A stretch of DNA of 59,595 bases from Octopus bimaculoides (taxonomy: Eukaryota): positions 6,137,441 through 6,197,035 of the forward strand of contig NC_068984.1 of NCBI RefSeq assembly GCF_001194135.2, given 5' to 3'. Under the pieces are notes generated by a model. It saw only the letters and a program-made list of their open reading frames with translations, did no database searches and was not told where the DNA came from. Below, piece after piece: positions 12,721 to 26,460 of the stretch; the stretch's first letter is position 1, and each line of letters begins with the position of its first letter. Both the position numbers and the translations under genes were made by a program.

Positions 12721-13789
12721 ATATGGATCTTTAGCTGTAGTGTAAACGTCATAAATAAACTCTACAAATTCTAAGCAAGTCTCTTTAATTACATACCCAG
12801 TTCTTCAAGTAAAAGCAAGAATTTTTCCGAAACATTTTTTTGCTAGAATATGAAGAAAGTATTGTCTGTGAGACCCCTCACACAAATTCATAGTTACATT
12901 ATCTTCAGTTGTGTAATTCTTCCATTCCTTCCATATCAAAAAGTAAAATTCTTAATTCTTGGTATATCACTGGTGCCAGATCCAAGTGTAAAAGGCCATG
13001 CAGGCAATCTCTCCATATCAAAAGGGCTCACCCAGTAACCTGGGTAAGTTCTCTCAGTGTTCTGGAGACAAATCTATCTCGTTAGACAGCCATGTGTTGT
13101 AATGGTTTCTGTAAGGCAGCATTACCATTAAAAGACTTCATCCATGTTATGAAATCAAGAGCCAAAGATTGTCAAGTGTCATATATTTAAAATTCTGTGT
13201 TTCTCCACAGCAGGTTTGTTAACATTGTAACGTCTCATATGTACTGTCCTTCAGTTGAAGGACATTTGTATTTGGCACAGAGTGATGACTACTCATGGTC
13301 AGAACAACAACACTACCACCACCACCACACCACCAACAACAACAACAATAACTTCAGCATTAGGAACAACAACCTATACAGAAAGCAAGACAGTAGGAGA
13401 ATCTTAGTTTGTTTAGCTTTTCGTTCTACTAACAGTAAAACGATTGACTAAAATGATATTTCCCAGCCATTAACATGAATAGAAACAATCATTTATAAGA
13501 TTTGAATTGTTAAAAATAACATTAAGACTTCTTAGTAATAATCCATCATTCTAAGATGACATGTCTGCAGAGGAAAAGAAAAGGAAAAAGATGAAACATC
13601 AATCACTTATGCAGCTGTCTTCATACGTGTGCACACATACACACACACACACACTAAAATACTCTAACCTATATAGAGAAGAGTCTAAACTGATTCATCA
13701 AGCTACATACTCATTTATTTAATTATCCTGTTTATCTCTCTCTCCCCCTCTCTATGTCTCTGTCTGTCTCTCTCTGTCTTTATATATAC

Positions 13790-13805
13790 ATACATACATA
13801 CATAC

Positions 13806-13885
<80 letters not shown>
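13790..13885. repeat. Compound (TACA)n(TA)n(TG)n microsatellite
   Basis: Direct reading. Confidence 0.95.
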
Positions 13886-13886
<1 letters not shown>

Positions 13887-14617
13887 GACAGACAGATAGA
13901 TAGATATACTTATACAAGTATATAATACGCATACACACACATATGACGTCATATAAAGAGGTAAATGAACCTACAGAGAGATAATTAATAATGCACAAAA
14001 CTGTCTGTATACATGAGTATGCATCAGCACAGGTGGCTTATACACACTCCTGCTTATACACACATACACACAAACACACACACACACACACACACACACA
14101 TCTACATTCACAAGCATACAAGCATATATGTGAATTTTAAAAGCCCTACATAAACATGAATCTACAAACTCATTAACATATATGCCTATTTATACATGCA
14201 TATATCTTACACAAATATACACATATACGTATACACAGGTGCAAACATACACACAGATATATAATTATACATGCACATAGATACACACAGACAAACACAC
14301 AAACAAAAACCCACCTTAAGTAAATGCCTTTCAAAAGATTGATGTTGTTTTAATCATGCTTAGTTCTGCAGACTAAAATAAGTCGAACAGGTGACCAAAA
14401 GAGGCATCAAAAGTAACACTAATTCTCTCAAAGACAGAGACATTTTTTTCCTATCCCATTTATGTCTTACTAGCTTGACGCTCATTGAAGAGATGAACGC
14501 ACAGACATAAATACATAATTGATTGCTTTAGATAATGGCAATTTATTTGTTGCCTTTTTTCCATATTGGGCTTCTGTCTTCTAATTTTGTTTCCTACTAT
14601 GCTTATACAATATACAC

Positions 14618-14654
<37 letters not shown>

Positions 14655-14770
14655 CACNNNNNNNNNNATATATATATACACACATACATATATATATACA
14701 TATAGATACACATATACATATATATATAAAAATATACATACACATACACACACCACATAGATACACACAT

Positions 14771-14801
<31 letters not shown>

Positions 14802-14922
14802 CATATGAAAATACACATTGTCTAATGTATATATGTATTAGACTCTGATACCAGTATTGAGTCCTTTCAGCAGTAAATGTATGTTGTTATTTATAGCTTT
14901 ATAACCTAACAACCCTACATTA

Positions 14923-14961
<39 letters not shown>

Positions 14962-15497
14962 CATATATGTGTCTGTCACATACTCATATATTATGTGTGT
15001 ATATGTGCAATTTTAGCATCTCACCTCCATCAAGTTTGACTGGTGGTGGAAGCCTGTTGGCACCATGCCATAGGAATAGCTTTATAATTGCTTTTGCTGG
15101 TCACAGCTTCCTGTGCTAATCTGGACAATTCCTGAGCTGACAGATGCCATACACTACATTCAATTAGTGTTATACTTGTAGTTCTTGTTGCAGTCTTTTG
15201 ATGTTTTGGTTGTTTTTGCTATTGTAGCTTTTTTTCTTCTTCCTTTTGCTTTATATTTTACTCACAAATGTTTAGGTTTTTGTTTTCAATATTTTATGTA
15301 ATGCTGAGTTCTAGGAAAGGACAGTTCTTTGACCCTCCCCCTTATATTCCTCAACCTCTCTTTCTCTCTCTCACTCACACACACACACACACACATGTAC
15401 ACGCATACACATACACACTAATGCTAATTTTTACCAGCATGTACTCTAATCTACAATGCACTGGCAGTACATGGTTTCAATATTATTGGACTTCCAA

Positions 15498-15990
15498 AAG
15501 GCAACAAGCTGGCAGAACCGTTAGCACACTGGACGAAATGCTTAGTGGTGTTTCATCTGTTTTTACATTCTGAGTTCAAATTCCACCGAAGTCAGCTTTG
15601 TGTTTCATCCTTTCGGGGTTGATAAATTAAGTACCATTTGCACACTGGGGTCAATTTAATCAACTGGCTCCATCATCATCATCATCATCGTCGTTTAACG
15701 TCCGCTTTCCATGCTAGCATGGGTTGGACGATTTGACTGAGGACTGGTGAAACCGGATGGCAACACCAGGCTCCGATCCAATTTGGCAGAGTTTCTACAG
15801 CTGGATGCCTTTCCTAACGCCAACCACTCAGAGAGTGTAGTGGGTGCTTTTACGTGTCACCCGCATGAAAACGGCCACGCTCGAAATGGTGTTTTTTATG
15901 TGCCACCCGCACAAGAGCCAGTCCAGGGGCACTGGCAACGATCTCGCTCCCTCCCCCAAAATTTCAGGCCTTGTGACTAGAGTAGAAAAG
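15498..15990 (+). mobile_element. SINE family A copy split by a nested RTE 3' end
   Basis: SINE A sequence runs 15498-15670 and resumes at about 15945 (CTCCCCCAAAATTTCAGGCCTTGTG). Confidence 0.85.
15671..15944 (-). mobile_element. RTE-type 3' end with (GAT)n tail, nested in SINE A
   Basis: Same 3' sequence as 4393-4554 plus more 3'UTR (GTGCCACCCGCACAAGAGCC); short GCTCC duplication at both junctions. Confidence 0.85.
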
Positions 15991-17475
15991 AAAAGAATTC
16001 TTGGACTTCCCTGTGTTTTAGCTTTCCATTCTTATTTCTATTACAACAACTTATCCTTACGACCAGTTTTTAGGGCAGCGTAATTTTCTCTCCCACTCAT
16101 CCTCATATAATGTAGAGTAGCCATGTACCTCCTCAACAGCAATAAGCTTGTTCCTTACCCTTCTTTTATAGTTTAACCTCTTAACGTCTAGCATAAAGCC
16201 ACCTCTCTCTCTCTCTCTCTCTCTCTCTCTGCTTATACTCCTACTCAGTCGAAGATAGTCTTTAGTTTTGTGAGTTGCATGAAGACCTCAGTAGTGCTGT
16301 TGTCATAATAAAAAAAAACACTCAATACATTCTGTAAAGTGGTTCTTTTATGAAATGCACCCAGCCATAGAAATCATGGCAAAGCAGACAGTGGAGCATG
16401 ATGCTGTCCTCTGACTCATGGAATTTTGTCAAACTGTCCAATACTGTAGCCCTTCTGAGGTATTATCATAGATGTGCATATTAGTTAGTGTGTATGTATA
16501 TGTAAATGAGAATTAAAAAGTTAAATGTCAGTATTTACACACACATACACAAGGTTCTTTTACACTAAGCTCTTTTCATACTTTTATATATTATCATGTA
16601 AGTCCATGTTTATATACATAGAAATGCACACATACACATGTACACACACACACTCACACATACGTGTACACACACACGCTCGGACACAACAGGGAAATGA
16701 TACTGGTGCATACACAGTTTCTAAATAATATATTCTAACACAAATCCATGTACATTCAGACGAAATCTCTGTTCCCTTAAGGCAGAAATAAACATCAATA
16801 AATAAATTCTATCTCTTTTATACTCCTGAGAGTTTCAGAACATTTTCACCCACACATTCTTCAGCTTGACAACCAACAGATGGATTAAAAAAGCGAAAGC
16901 TTTTCAAATCCATCAATCAATCTTCCTTAGCAATCAAGATTATGGCTAATAATCAATCAGTTAAGACACAAAATCCTATTTATTTTTTTCTTAATTTCTG
17001 TTCTTGCATAAAACCTTGAGATTTTGAACATCAGAACTGACTGTGTGCTGCTGGAGCATTTAAGCCCTGTCTCATTAATTTATAGGGTGGGAGGAGAATC
17101 TGATGTTACGTAACGTTTAATGAAATGCAATCGTTCATTACTGGAAACTCAATTACAGCTGAGATGTACGGTGGAGATATATTTAGGCAGAAGTAGCTTC
17201 TTAGTGTCACAATGTTGGTGCTAACATCACATTCTTAATGCTGGCATTGATGTCACTTTGTTGTAGCAGTGCAAACAGCCATATGTCATGGTGGAAGGTG
17301 CAACATCTTATATCAACTTCAGTATTAATATAGATTCTCATTACTGGTGCTAATAGCTCTATAGCTATTTTTAATACTTTTCTGAAATTGGAAACTCTGA
17401 AAAGCCTTGCTTGGTGAAACTCTGAAGTTTCTGGCTACCATTAAATATGCAGATCCATACATACATAGATGCATG

Positions 17476-17521
<46 letters not shown>

Positions 17522-18179
17522 AGTAAAAATAAATACAAAAAAAGGTGTTTTGTATGATTGTGTATAGAGGAATATATTATTTTGTTTAAAAGAGTTCCAA
17601 CACTGTCTGTTTTTTATGTTTTATTTATATTCCTGTAAAACCAATGTGGGATATAGAATATGGAATATACAATATATAATATAATATACAATATATAATA
17701 TAATATACAATATATAATATAAAATAAAAATGGATGGTACTATGAAATTAAGTATTGAATGTCTTATTGAATATATGGAATATGTCTTATTGAATAGATG
17801 AAATATTGAGTGTTCAATATAAAGGATTAAATATATAAAGGTGAATACGTATTTTCTATACCTTATGGTATTTCATCATCGTCATTTAACATCTTTTTTT
17901 TTTGACTGGAACTGGTAAGCTGCAAGTCCACATTGAGCTCCAGTTTCAGCTTTGGCATTGTTTCTATGGCTTGATGCATTCCCGAATACCAACAACTTTA
18001 TAGAATGTCTAAATGCTTTTTTTTCACATATTGAGTGTTTTTCTGTCTACACACACACACACACACAGACAAACACACACATACATGTCAATACTAATGC
18101 AATATCTCTATAACTGTGCTTGTCTTATCATATCACTAGAACATATTTTCTTTTTTAATAATGGTTCTAATTCCAGAGT

Positions 18180-19200
18180 GAAGTGATGGAGTCAACATCA
18201 CATTTAAATACTTAATGAAACCCAACTTCATTTAATTCCTTGTGCTTACATCACATCTCAGCACTGAAGTGGATCTCCATGATGATACCAGAATCACATA
18301 TAAAGAACAGAACTACTATAAAAATTAAAACAAAATTAGATGCAACAACCTATCTTAATATTGGTGTCAGTTTTGAACTAACATTTGAATATTGGAAGTA
18401 AATTTACATCAGTTTTGTTAAATGTATGGCCCCAATGAACAAACACTGTACCATTTTACTGACAAAAAAAAAATCCTATTCAAAGACACCAACAGCTATA
18501 ATTCTTCTACCCCACACCCAACTGGTAGGGATGCTAAAATTTACTTCCCATTTTAAACGATCCCTGATAAGCTTAATCCCTTCTCCTCAACTTACTTATC
18601 AACTCAATCACACTCTTGCTTATATCTAACCTAACCCACTTCTGTCTATCCACATTAGTTCTTTAAATCACTGTCTTATCAAATTAACCCCACCACAGGT
18701 ATAGACATGGCGATTGAATCTTTATCTATAACTTCAACACTTTCAACATAGAAATTTACCATTAAGTTGGAATTTTACCAGTTTTTATGCAGATTATTCC
18801 TGGCAAGTTATTAATTCTAAACTTGACTCTGCTAAAACAGCAGCAAATCTGGTGCTTCTTCTACTTCAACTGTAACTTATACAAGATTCCTTGCCAAAGA
18901 TTTGCCACCAACATTAGGTAAGATTCCTTCCCACCCCCACATTTTCCACTTAACCACCATGATTTCTTTATTAACAACAGACTTACCTGGTCATGATACA
19001 ACTTGCATTACTTCTTTCACAACTGATTTCACTCTCAATACAAATAAACTTTTTTATAGTAACTTAGACCCACGCCTTAATCTTCACACTAACCAATTTC
19101 CACAAACCTTACCTATTTCTGAACACCTCCCAAATCCCTATGCCTGCATATCATCGACTGAGCTCTTTCAATTCCAACACAACTTTTGCTTTTCAATAAA
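18180..19200 (+). mobile_element. Possible highly decayed retroelement (Penelope-like) coding remnant
   Basis: C/A-skewed, non-microsatellite stretch with fragmentary peptides such as YNFNTFN / KFTI (about 18725-18770) reminiscent of the FNSFHP.IKFT motif of Penelope RT; many stops, so the assignment is tentative. Confidence 0.25.
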
Positions 19201-19454
19201 ACCACTCTGAATCTACAAAAGCAGGCAAATAATTACACAGCACACACATCTGTGTGTGTGTGTGTGTGTGTGTGCATGCGTGTGTGAATGCATGTGGGTG
19301 TGCGTGTGTGTGTGTGTGCATGTGTGTGTGCGCAAATGTGTGCGTGCGCAAATGTGTGTGTGTGTGTGTGTGTGTATATATGCATGCATGTATGTACCCC
19401 CGTACTGGTGGCACATAAAAACACCAAGCGATCGTGGTCGTTGCCAGCTCCCTC

Positions 19455-19660
19455 TACTGTTTGTTCCTCATCACTGCAAGACAATGGGTGTTGGTTTGTT
19501 TATGTCCCCCTAATAACTTAGCAGTTTGGCACAAAGAGAGTGAAAAATTAAGTGCCAGGTTTATAAAACAAAAAGATTAGGGTCAGTTTGTTTAACTAGA
19601 CCCCTTCATGTCAGTGCTCCAGCATGGCTGCAGTCTAAAGACTGAAACAAGATAAAATAA
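19455..19660 (+). mobile_element. tRNA-SINE family B, 3' half
   Basis: ...TAACTTAGCAGTTTGGCACAAAGAGAG...GTGCTCCAGCATGGCTGCAGTC...GACTGAAACAAGATAAAA matches the 3' end of 26011-26460. Confidence 0.8.
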
Positions 19661-19844
19661 GTGTGTGCATTTGTGTGCATGTGTGTGTGTATGTGTGTGC
19701 ATACACACACACACACACACACATATGCTGATGTCAACATGAATCTCTTTGTGCCTGTTTACTTTCCCATCATTGATTGCCCCCTTCCCTCTTCTCTACC
19801 TTCATGATGCAGTCTTCATTTTCTCTTTGTGTTTCCTTTTGCAC

Positions 19845-20031
19845 CTTAATCCTTCAGCATTTAAAGCGGCCATATCCAGCCGAAATGTTCTTCCTATTTT
19901 AAAGTGGCCAGATCTAGCCTCTCACACCTACGCTACAATGTTAGTATAAAAAATATACAGTCACACAATTGAAAACTCAAAGCTGTGAGATAATGTATAG
20001 ATTAATTCAAAACAACGTGTATAAATAAGCA
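19845..20031. mobile_element. Partial piggyBac-type MITE (inverse orientation of 52981-53200), truncated by an RTE insertion
   Basis: Begins TTAA-TCCTTCAGCATTTAAA; body is the reverse complement of 53030-53200 (e.g. AGATCTAGCCTCTCACACCTAC vs GTAAGAGGCTGAATCT). Confidence 0.65.
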
Positions 20032-20290
20032 ATCATCATCGTTTAACATCTGTTTTCCATGCTGGCATGGGTTGGACGGTTTGACTGGGGACTAGCAAGC
20101 CAGGAGGCTGCACCAGGCCCCAATCTGATCTGGCAATGTTTCTACAGCTGGATGCCCTTCCTAACGCCAACCACTCCGGGAGTGTAGTGGGTACTTTTTA
20201 TGTGCCACCGGCACGGGAGCTAGTCAGGCATCACTGGCAGCAACCCACGCATGAAAGGTGCTTATTGTGTGCCACCAGCACAGGAGCCAA
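20032..20290 (-). mobile_element. RTE-type 3' end
   Basis: ATCATCATCGTTTAACATCTGTTTTCCATGCTGGCATGGGTTGGACGG... homologous to 4393-4554. Confidence 0.85.
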
Positions 20291-20913
20291 TACATTTGAT
20301 AAAGTAATCTAGATGCTAAAGGGTCAAACAGCTCTCTTGTTATCCTTCTGCTACCCCCTTTGGTGTTTATCTGTGCATGTACATGCACGCATGTGTGTAT
20401 GCGTCTGTCTGTGTGTATCCCTGATCGTTTTCTTGTTTCAGTCCTTGGTCTATGGCCATGCTTTAGTTTATCGACCCGGAGACTATCCTCCTCTTTAATG
20501 ATTATCTTCTACAACACTGGGAATTGATTGCTGATATTGGTTGGAAACAAACCAGCAAAAATAGTAGAGCCACCAGCAAGCTTTATTAACTATGTAACAT
20601 ATAAATGGTTTGAAGTTATCAACACCATCATAATAGTAATTAATTATATATTATCAACATTTCATAATAAAAACTGTCTAATAACAATGCACTATTATTC
20701 AATCAATAAATAGAAACTCTGACTTCAAGCCATGGATCTAACAAAACATCATTTTCTCTCTTCACATGAAAAAATAAATAAAACCAAACTCTTGTCTAAA
20801 TAATGGAAGACTTTATTTTTAATATGAAATGATGCATTCAGCACTGATTAAATAAATCTATGACCAAAGACATCCCAGGCACGACCATCCTATTTTGTCG
20901 GGATGTGTCAAAA

Positions 20914-20956
<43 letters not shown>

Positions 20957-21139
20957 ATATATAAAGATACATTTTGTAAGGTTATATAAAAATACAATTA
21001 AAAATAGTAGGATATAATTTGAAGAGAATTTGGATGTTATTTCTCGTAGGTTGGACAACAACATTGATGTTGCATTGTTAGCGCAGTTTTTATTGATGCA
21101 ACTTAACAAGGTACATACAGACTTATGCTACAATACTAA

Positions 21140-21189
<50 letters not shown>

Positions 21190-21288
21190 TTATATATATA
21201 TATATACATATATGAGCTAATCATATTTTGGCTCACTGAATTAATTATGTGTCAGGCGTATCATGCTGACAAATATTGCTAAAAACAC

Positions 21289-21341
<53 letters not shown>

Positions 21342-22695
21342 ATAGGCAAAGTAAATGAATAAACGGCACAAGAGTGGATGGTTTTAGGAGAGCTTATGTA
21401 GGAAAGACTCATCCACACAGCATTTATATAGCTCTATCATATAAAAGTCTTTAGAGTAAAAATGAAGACAGAGTTATTTTAATGAATGTATACAGTTATT
21501 GAGAAGACCAATGCTTGATAGAAAGCTCAGAGCATTTCTGTTTGTACAAAATCTTTCATTTTTCATTCATATCAGTGGAGTCTAATTGGATGAACACATT
21601 TATAAATTTGGAAAGAAAAAAACAAGGCTTTGTTTCACTTGCTGCACATAGACAAAATGAAGGGGAAATACATCACATCTTTTAATATATGGATTCATGA
21701 GTTTCATTTTCATTGATTGAGATAACAAAACATTTTCTAAAGTGCATTGATTGGGTTAATTGGAACCAATATTAAATATAACTCCAGTTAGGATCTGACA
21801 GTGAACCCTTTGTAATGAATCATATTTTACAGAATATTTTAAAATTGGAAAAATAATAATATTTTTTAAATAAAAATGAACCAGGCTCTGGACTAAACAT
21901 TGCTGTTGTGTCATGTTTGAAAACCTTGTTATGTATTTTCCATACAGAGGGCATGCTTGAGTAATCCACCAAACTCCAATTATTCATTACAATTGTCAAT
22001 GTTCATTTGCTCCAAATCGTTATATCTCTCATTCATCTAGAATCTTGTTTCACTGAGGAGGTTTAATAAAAGCAAAACATATCCAGAGTTGTCACATTAT
22101 TAACCAAAGATCACACTCATTCCTCACTGCATGCCATTCGCATTCAATTTTTAATTAATTCCAGTATCAAAATTTTCTCCTTTGTCATTCTTGACCAGAA
22201 TTTATTATTCATTCTAATGAATTTTTTCTCCTCCTAATGTGTGTAAATCTAATTAATTGAATATGTATTAGTATTTTCCCTCATACTATCAATGTGATTC
22301 TATCACCATCACCATCACAAAAGCCATTTGTAAACTAGTATCATCATCAGAAAGCAGTGTTCTTTGCTGTCAATCTTCTGTGAAAATATGAGTGTGGGGA
22401 ATTAATATCAGACTTGGTAAAAGCAAGGCTACAAGAAGGACATCCAGCTTTAGCGAATCTGCCTTAACAAATTCTATCTGGTTCATGCTAGTATAGATAT
22501 TAAAAAAGTGATGATGATGATGACGATGATGATAATGTGTGTGTAAACATGCAAGTTAAGGTATACTATTAAAGCACATCAATCTACCTCCTACCTACCA
22601 TTAACAAACAAATTAGATTATAGCTTTGAAATATATCAATATGTCACATCTTGCTATTTGACTCACACACACGCACGCACGCACGCACGCACGCA

Positions 22696-22727
<32 letters not shown>

Positions 22728-24654
22728 GCCTAGTTTTCACATTCCAGTTTTCTAATGATGTTGCCATAATTACAATCAGTGTTACAGCAGATTATATCTA
22801 AGTAACGATTCACTCATATTCTACAGATCTCTGGTAGAGATCTGTTTATTTAAAGACAATCATACATGATGAATGCTGTGTATATCATCAAATTGGTATA
22901 GTTTGACAATTGTGTCTCTCAACTATTTTCTTACAAACTGTTCAAGATTTATATACAAAAGTGTAATTAGTGAAGCATGACATTAATTTTATGAAACTTT
23001 TCATGCACAGTCAATGAATGAACAATATTCAAGTTGCTCAAATGGATACATTAGAAAAAGGTTTTAGGGATGGGCATGGCAATTATTTGTTTCATTCCAT
23101 CACTTCAAATCATACCCCAGCTGAGCCCGCCCATGAAGGAGCCTCTATGAGGTTATTTGACCTGGTAGAAACACAAATCACATCTTACATTCTTAAAATT
23201 GGAAGGATGCATTTGGTGATGTAGCTTTCTGGGATTGTCATTACTGGAAGGTATTTGATTATAAGTTTGTCTCCTTAGAAATGACCTGGAGGCAAAACAA
23301 TAATTCTTCAGTTGGGTTTCAAAAAACATCTTGAGTTTATCAAAGAAAAAAACATTTAAAGCAACTGACTCTGATACTCACATTACATGTGTTTCTAAAA
23401 TATCCATCTCTGTTGCGAATATTGCATGAGATCTAGTTAGTAAATCTTAGATGTTATGATAGTTTCTCTAAAAGCTACATTCACTAAGTAATCAATTAAA
23501 TTATCTTCATTATTTTCAGTTCAGTTAGGGGTCTTTAAATTTTAATCTCTCAGTGTGGCAACCTTAGACGAAAGCAGTAGCCATTTATTCGGTGTTCAAA
23601 ACCAGGTCACCTGCTAATAATGTAATTGATAACTGATCGATGGGAAATATTTTCACAATAGATATGGTCACTAGCTTTACATAGTATGTGCAGTTAATAG
23701 CAAGTTGGTGTGTGTGTGTATCTATGAGTTGGTGTGAACAGCTTTCTGTAAAAGCAGTTATAATCTAGTTTCTATGAGATTATGTCACTTGTGGATATGT
23801 AAACTACATCCAGCATGCAGGTATATACTTACCACACAGACACAGTTGATTCACAGTAATAGATGAATCAACACTATATGTAGATGACTGGTCAGTGTAT
23901 ACAAAAAAAAGAAGAGGATTATGTGTATGTATGTGAGTGTCTGTGTGTATATCCATCAATTTTCAGTGCATCTATACTCATTAAGCAATGCTACATGGGA
24001 TATATGTCACCAGTTTGTTAGTGATTATCTAGTTACCAGTTATATTATGTGTGTTAGTAGGTTAATGTATATGTATGTGTATGGTAATTGGCTAAATTAC
24101 ATATAATCAATAAGTAATGTAAATGTGACTTTTGGTTGATTCCTTCGTAGATATTGGCTGGACAACTTGCTATTTCTCTGCACAATGTAAGCAGCAGTAT
24201 GTGACTATGTCTGGTCTTTTAACTCAATGTCTTTCATACTATAATATCTGTTGATACTTGGTCATGCTGTAGCCAATGACAACACATCATTACAGACTTG
24301 ACAGTCATGTGGTAGTCAGAGCTGTGATAACTACTTTGTCTTCCTATATAATGTAATATAATATAAAATATATGTATGATTATTGCGAAATTCATTTTAC
24401 TAGTCACATGCTTAGATCACTGAATACAAAATCTTTGCGTTCACTTGTGCCTCATTCCTGCAAATATACCATTGGCTAAAAACATAAAAAGCAACTTTTT
24501 TTAGCAGCCAACAGGTGTATTTGAAGCCAATGAGGGAGCCTCTATATAGCTGACAGATTTGTACGAAATAGTAACCAAACCTCCTTCAAATCACATTGCA
24601 CAGTCTTAGAAATTGGAAGGATATATTGTATAAGGTACAATTAAAAAATATATA

Positions 24655-24820
24655 AGGTACAGACTTGGCTATGTGGTTAAGAAGTTTGCTTCCTAACCAT
24701 ATGGTTTTCAGTTCAGTTTCACTGGGTGGAATCTTGGGCAAGCGTTTTCTACTATAGCACCAGGCCAACCAAAGCCTTAGGAGCAGATTTTGTAAAGCTA
24801 AACTGAAAGAAACTTTTGTG
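24655..24820 (+). mobile_element. tRNA-SINE family B, 5' half, diverged
   Basis: TGGCTATGTGGTTAAGAAGTTTGCTTCCTAACCATATGG...TTCTACTATAGC...CCAAAGCCTT, then (TG)n. Confidence 0.8.
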
Positions 24821-26010
24821 TGTGTGTGTGTGTGTTAATGTCTCTATAGCTTGCCATTGCATGATACTTGTAAATGAGAGTTGCCATCAAACAAGCAGTG
24901 TCATGGGGAAATATTACCTTATTTGGAACCAGATGAAGGTTGGTGACAAGAAGAGCATCGCCATGTCTACCTTGAGGAATTCTGTCCAATCCACAAGAGC
25001 ATGGAAAAGTGGAAGTTAAGGAATGACATTGATCACAATGATGATGGATTTGCTGGTGTCTGAAGCTTTTAAAGTAAGGAAAAGCCTTGCACAGTTTCAC
25101 TGGCCCTGTGTAGAGCAAGTCAACATGACTGGATGTAGATGAAGTTGCAGTTGTTATATCAGTGTTTTCCTTCCAGAGAGATGTCTAAACAAAGGCTAGG
25201 ATTCACTCACTCCCAGCTGTTTGATGGCTGTTAACTCAACAGAGTTCATTCATCCTTTGAGCGGTTTTGTTTTCCATCCTACTGGATGTTCAACCAAACT
25301 CCTTACCAAGCAGACTGGGTAGGGTCATTGGTTGAGATGCTAATGGCATGACCATGCAACAAACAAGCTTGTACTGGTGGTTACATATTATCAGAAGCAC
25401 AAAGGCTGACTTGACACGGAATGGAAGAATTTAATATGTAGGCGGCAAATTCTTAATGTTGGTAATAAATGAGCATCTAAGTTATGTGTGTTACTTTGAC
25501 ATACTTTATTATCTTGTATATGAGACTATTAAGCCCCAGGATACAGTCCCAGTGGGTAGTGTGTGTGTGTGGGGGGGGGCAGGTTTGTTACTGACACCCA
25601 GAGAGAAGCGAAGAGGAAATTGAAGAAAGTAAAGACTTTCAGTATAGGTGGTGGGACAGGGTAAGGGTGGGTGCGTTACGAATAAGCAGGTACATCCTTG
25701 AGTTTTGGGAATAGTAGAAAGAAAGGGGGAAGATAGTTAGGAGAATCAAGGTGCAAAAAAGGGAAAAGGTACGTAAAATGAGCAATTAAACATGTTCATA
25801 ATAAGGACAATAACAAAATGAAGTTAGAGAAAAAAAGAAACATCATCATCATCATCATCATCGTTTAACNNNNNNNNNNGAAGTTAGAGAAAAAAAGAAA
25901 CATGTCAGATTATTCAATTTATGAAACTTTTTCTCTTCTTTTATCTCCTCTACCTTTCTCCCCTTCTCTCTTTCTATCCCCAGAACACAAGGGTGGCATC
26001 TGTATCTTAA

Positions 26011-26206
26011 CAGGCATGGCTGTGTGGGAAGAAGCTTGCTTCCCAACCACATGGTTCCAGATTCAGCCCCATTGTGTAGCACCTTGGGCAAGTGTCTTCT
26101 ACTATAAAACTTGGGCCAATCAAAGCCTTGTGAATGGATTTGGTTGACAAAAACTGAAAGAAGCCCATTGTATATGTGTGTGTGTGCATGTATGTGTATG
26201 TGTGTG

Positions 26207-26283
<77 letters not shown>

Positions 26284-26460
26284 ATCATGCTTGTTTCCCA
26301 CTGCAGCTTGACAACTGGTGTTGGATGTGTTTTTCATGTCCCCATAACTTAGTAGATCCAAGCTTAAAAAATAGAAGAATTGGTGTTGATTCATTTGACT
26401 AAAACTTCTTCAAGGTGGTGCTCCAGCATGGCTGAAGTCTAATGACTGAAACAAATAGAA
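26011..26460 (+). mobile_element. tRNA-SINE family B, full length with internal (TG)n
   Basis: Head CAGGCATGGCTGTGTGG...CCAACCACATGGTTCC; internal (TG)n at about 26170-26280; 3' end GGTGCTCCAGCATGGC...GACTGAAACA; same family as 57451-57860. Confidence 0.9.

Noticed and set aside
12950-13290. Strong plus-strand acceptor (TTCTCCACAG|CAG at 13201-13213) and adjacent complex sequence as an exon
   Set aside because: No convincing donor downstream and no recognisable peptide in any frame.
17100-17300. Possible Tc1-like transposase remnant (ITAEMY..DIF)
   Set aside because: Resemblance limited to a few residues with frameshifts; no TIRs found.
25500-25720. Penelope GIY-YIG end (minus-strand GTVSWGLN resembling LGTL.P.GLN)
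   Set aside because: A single weak motif; insufficient to call.
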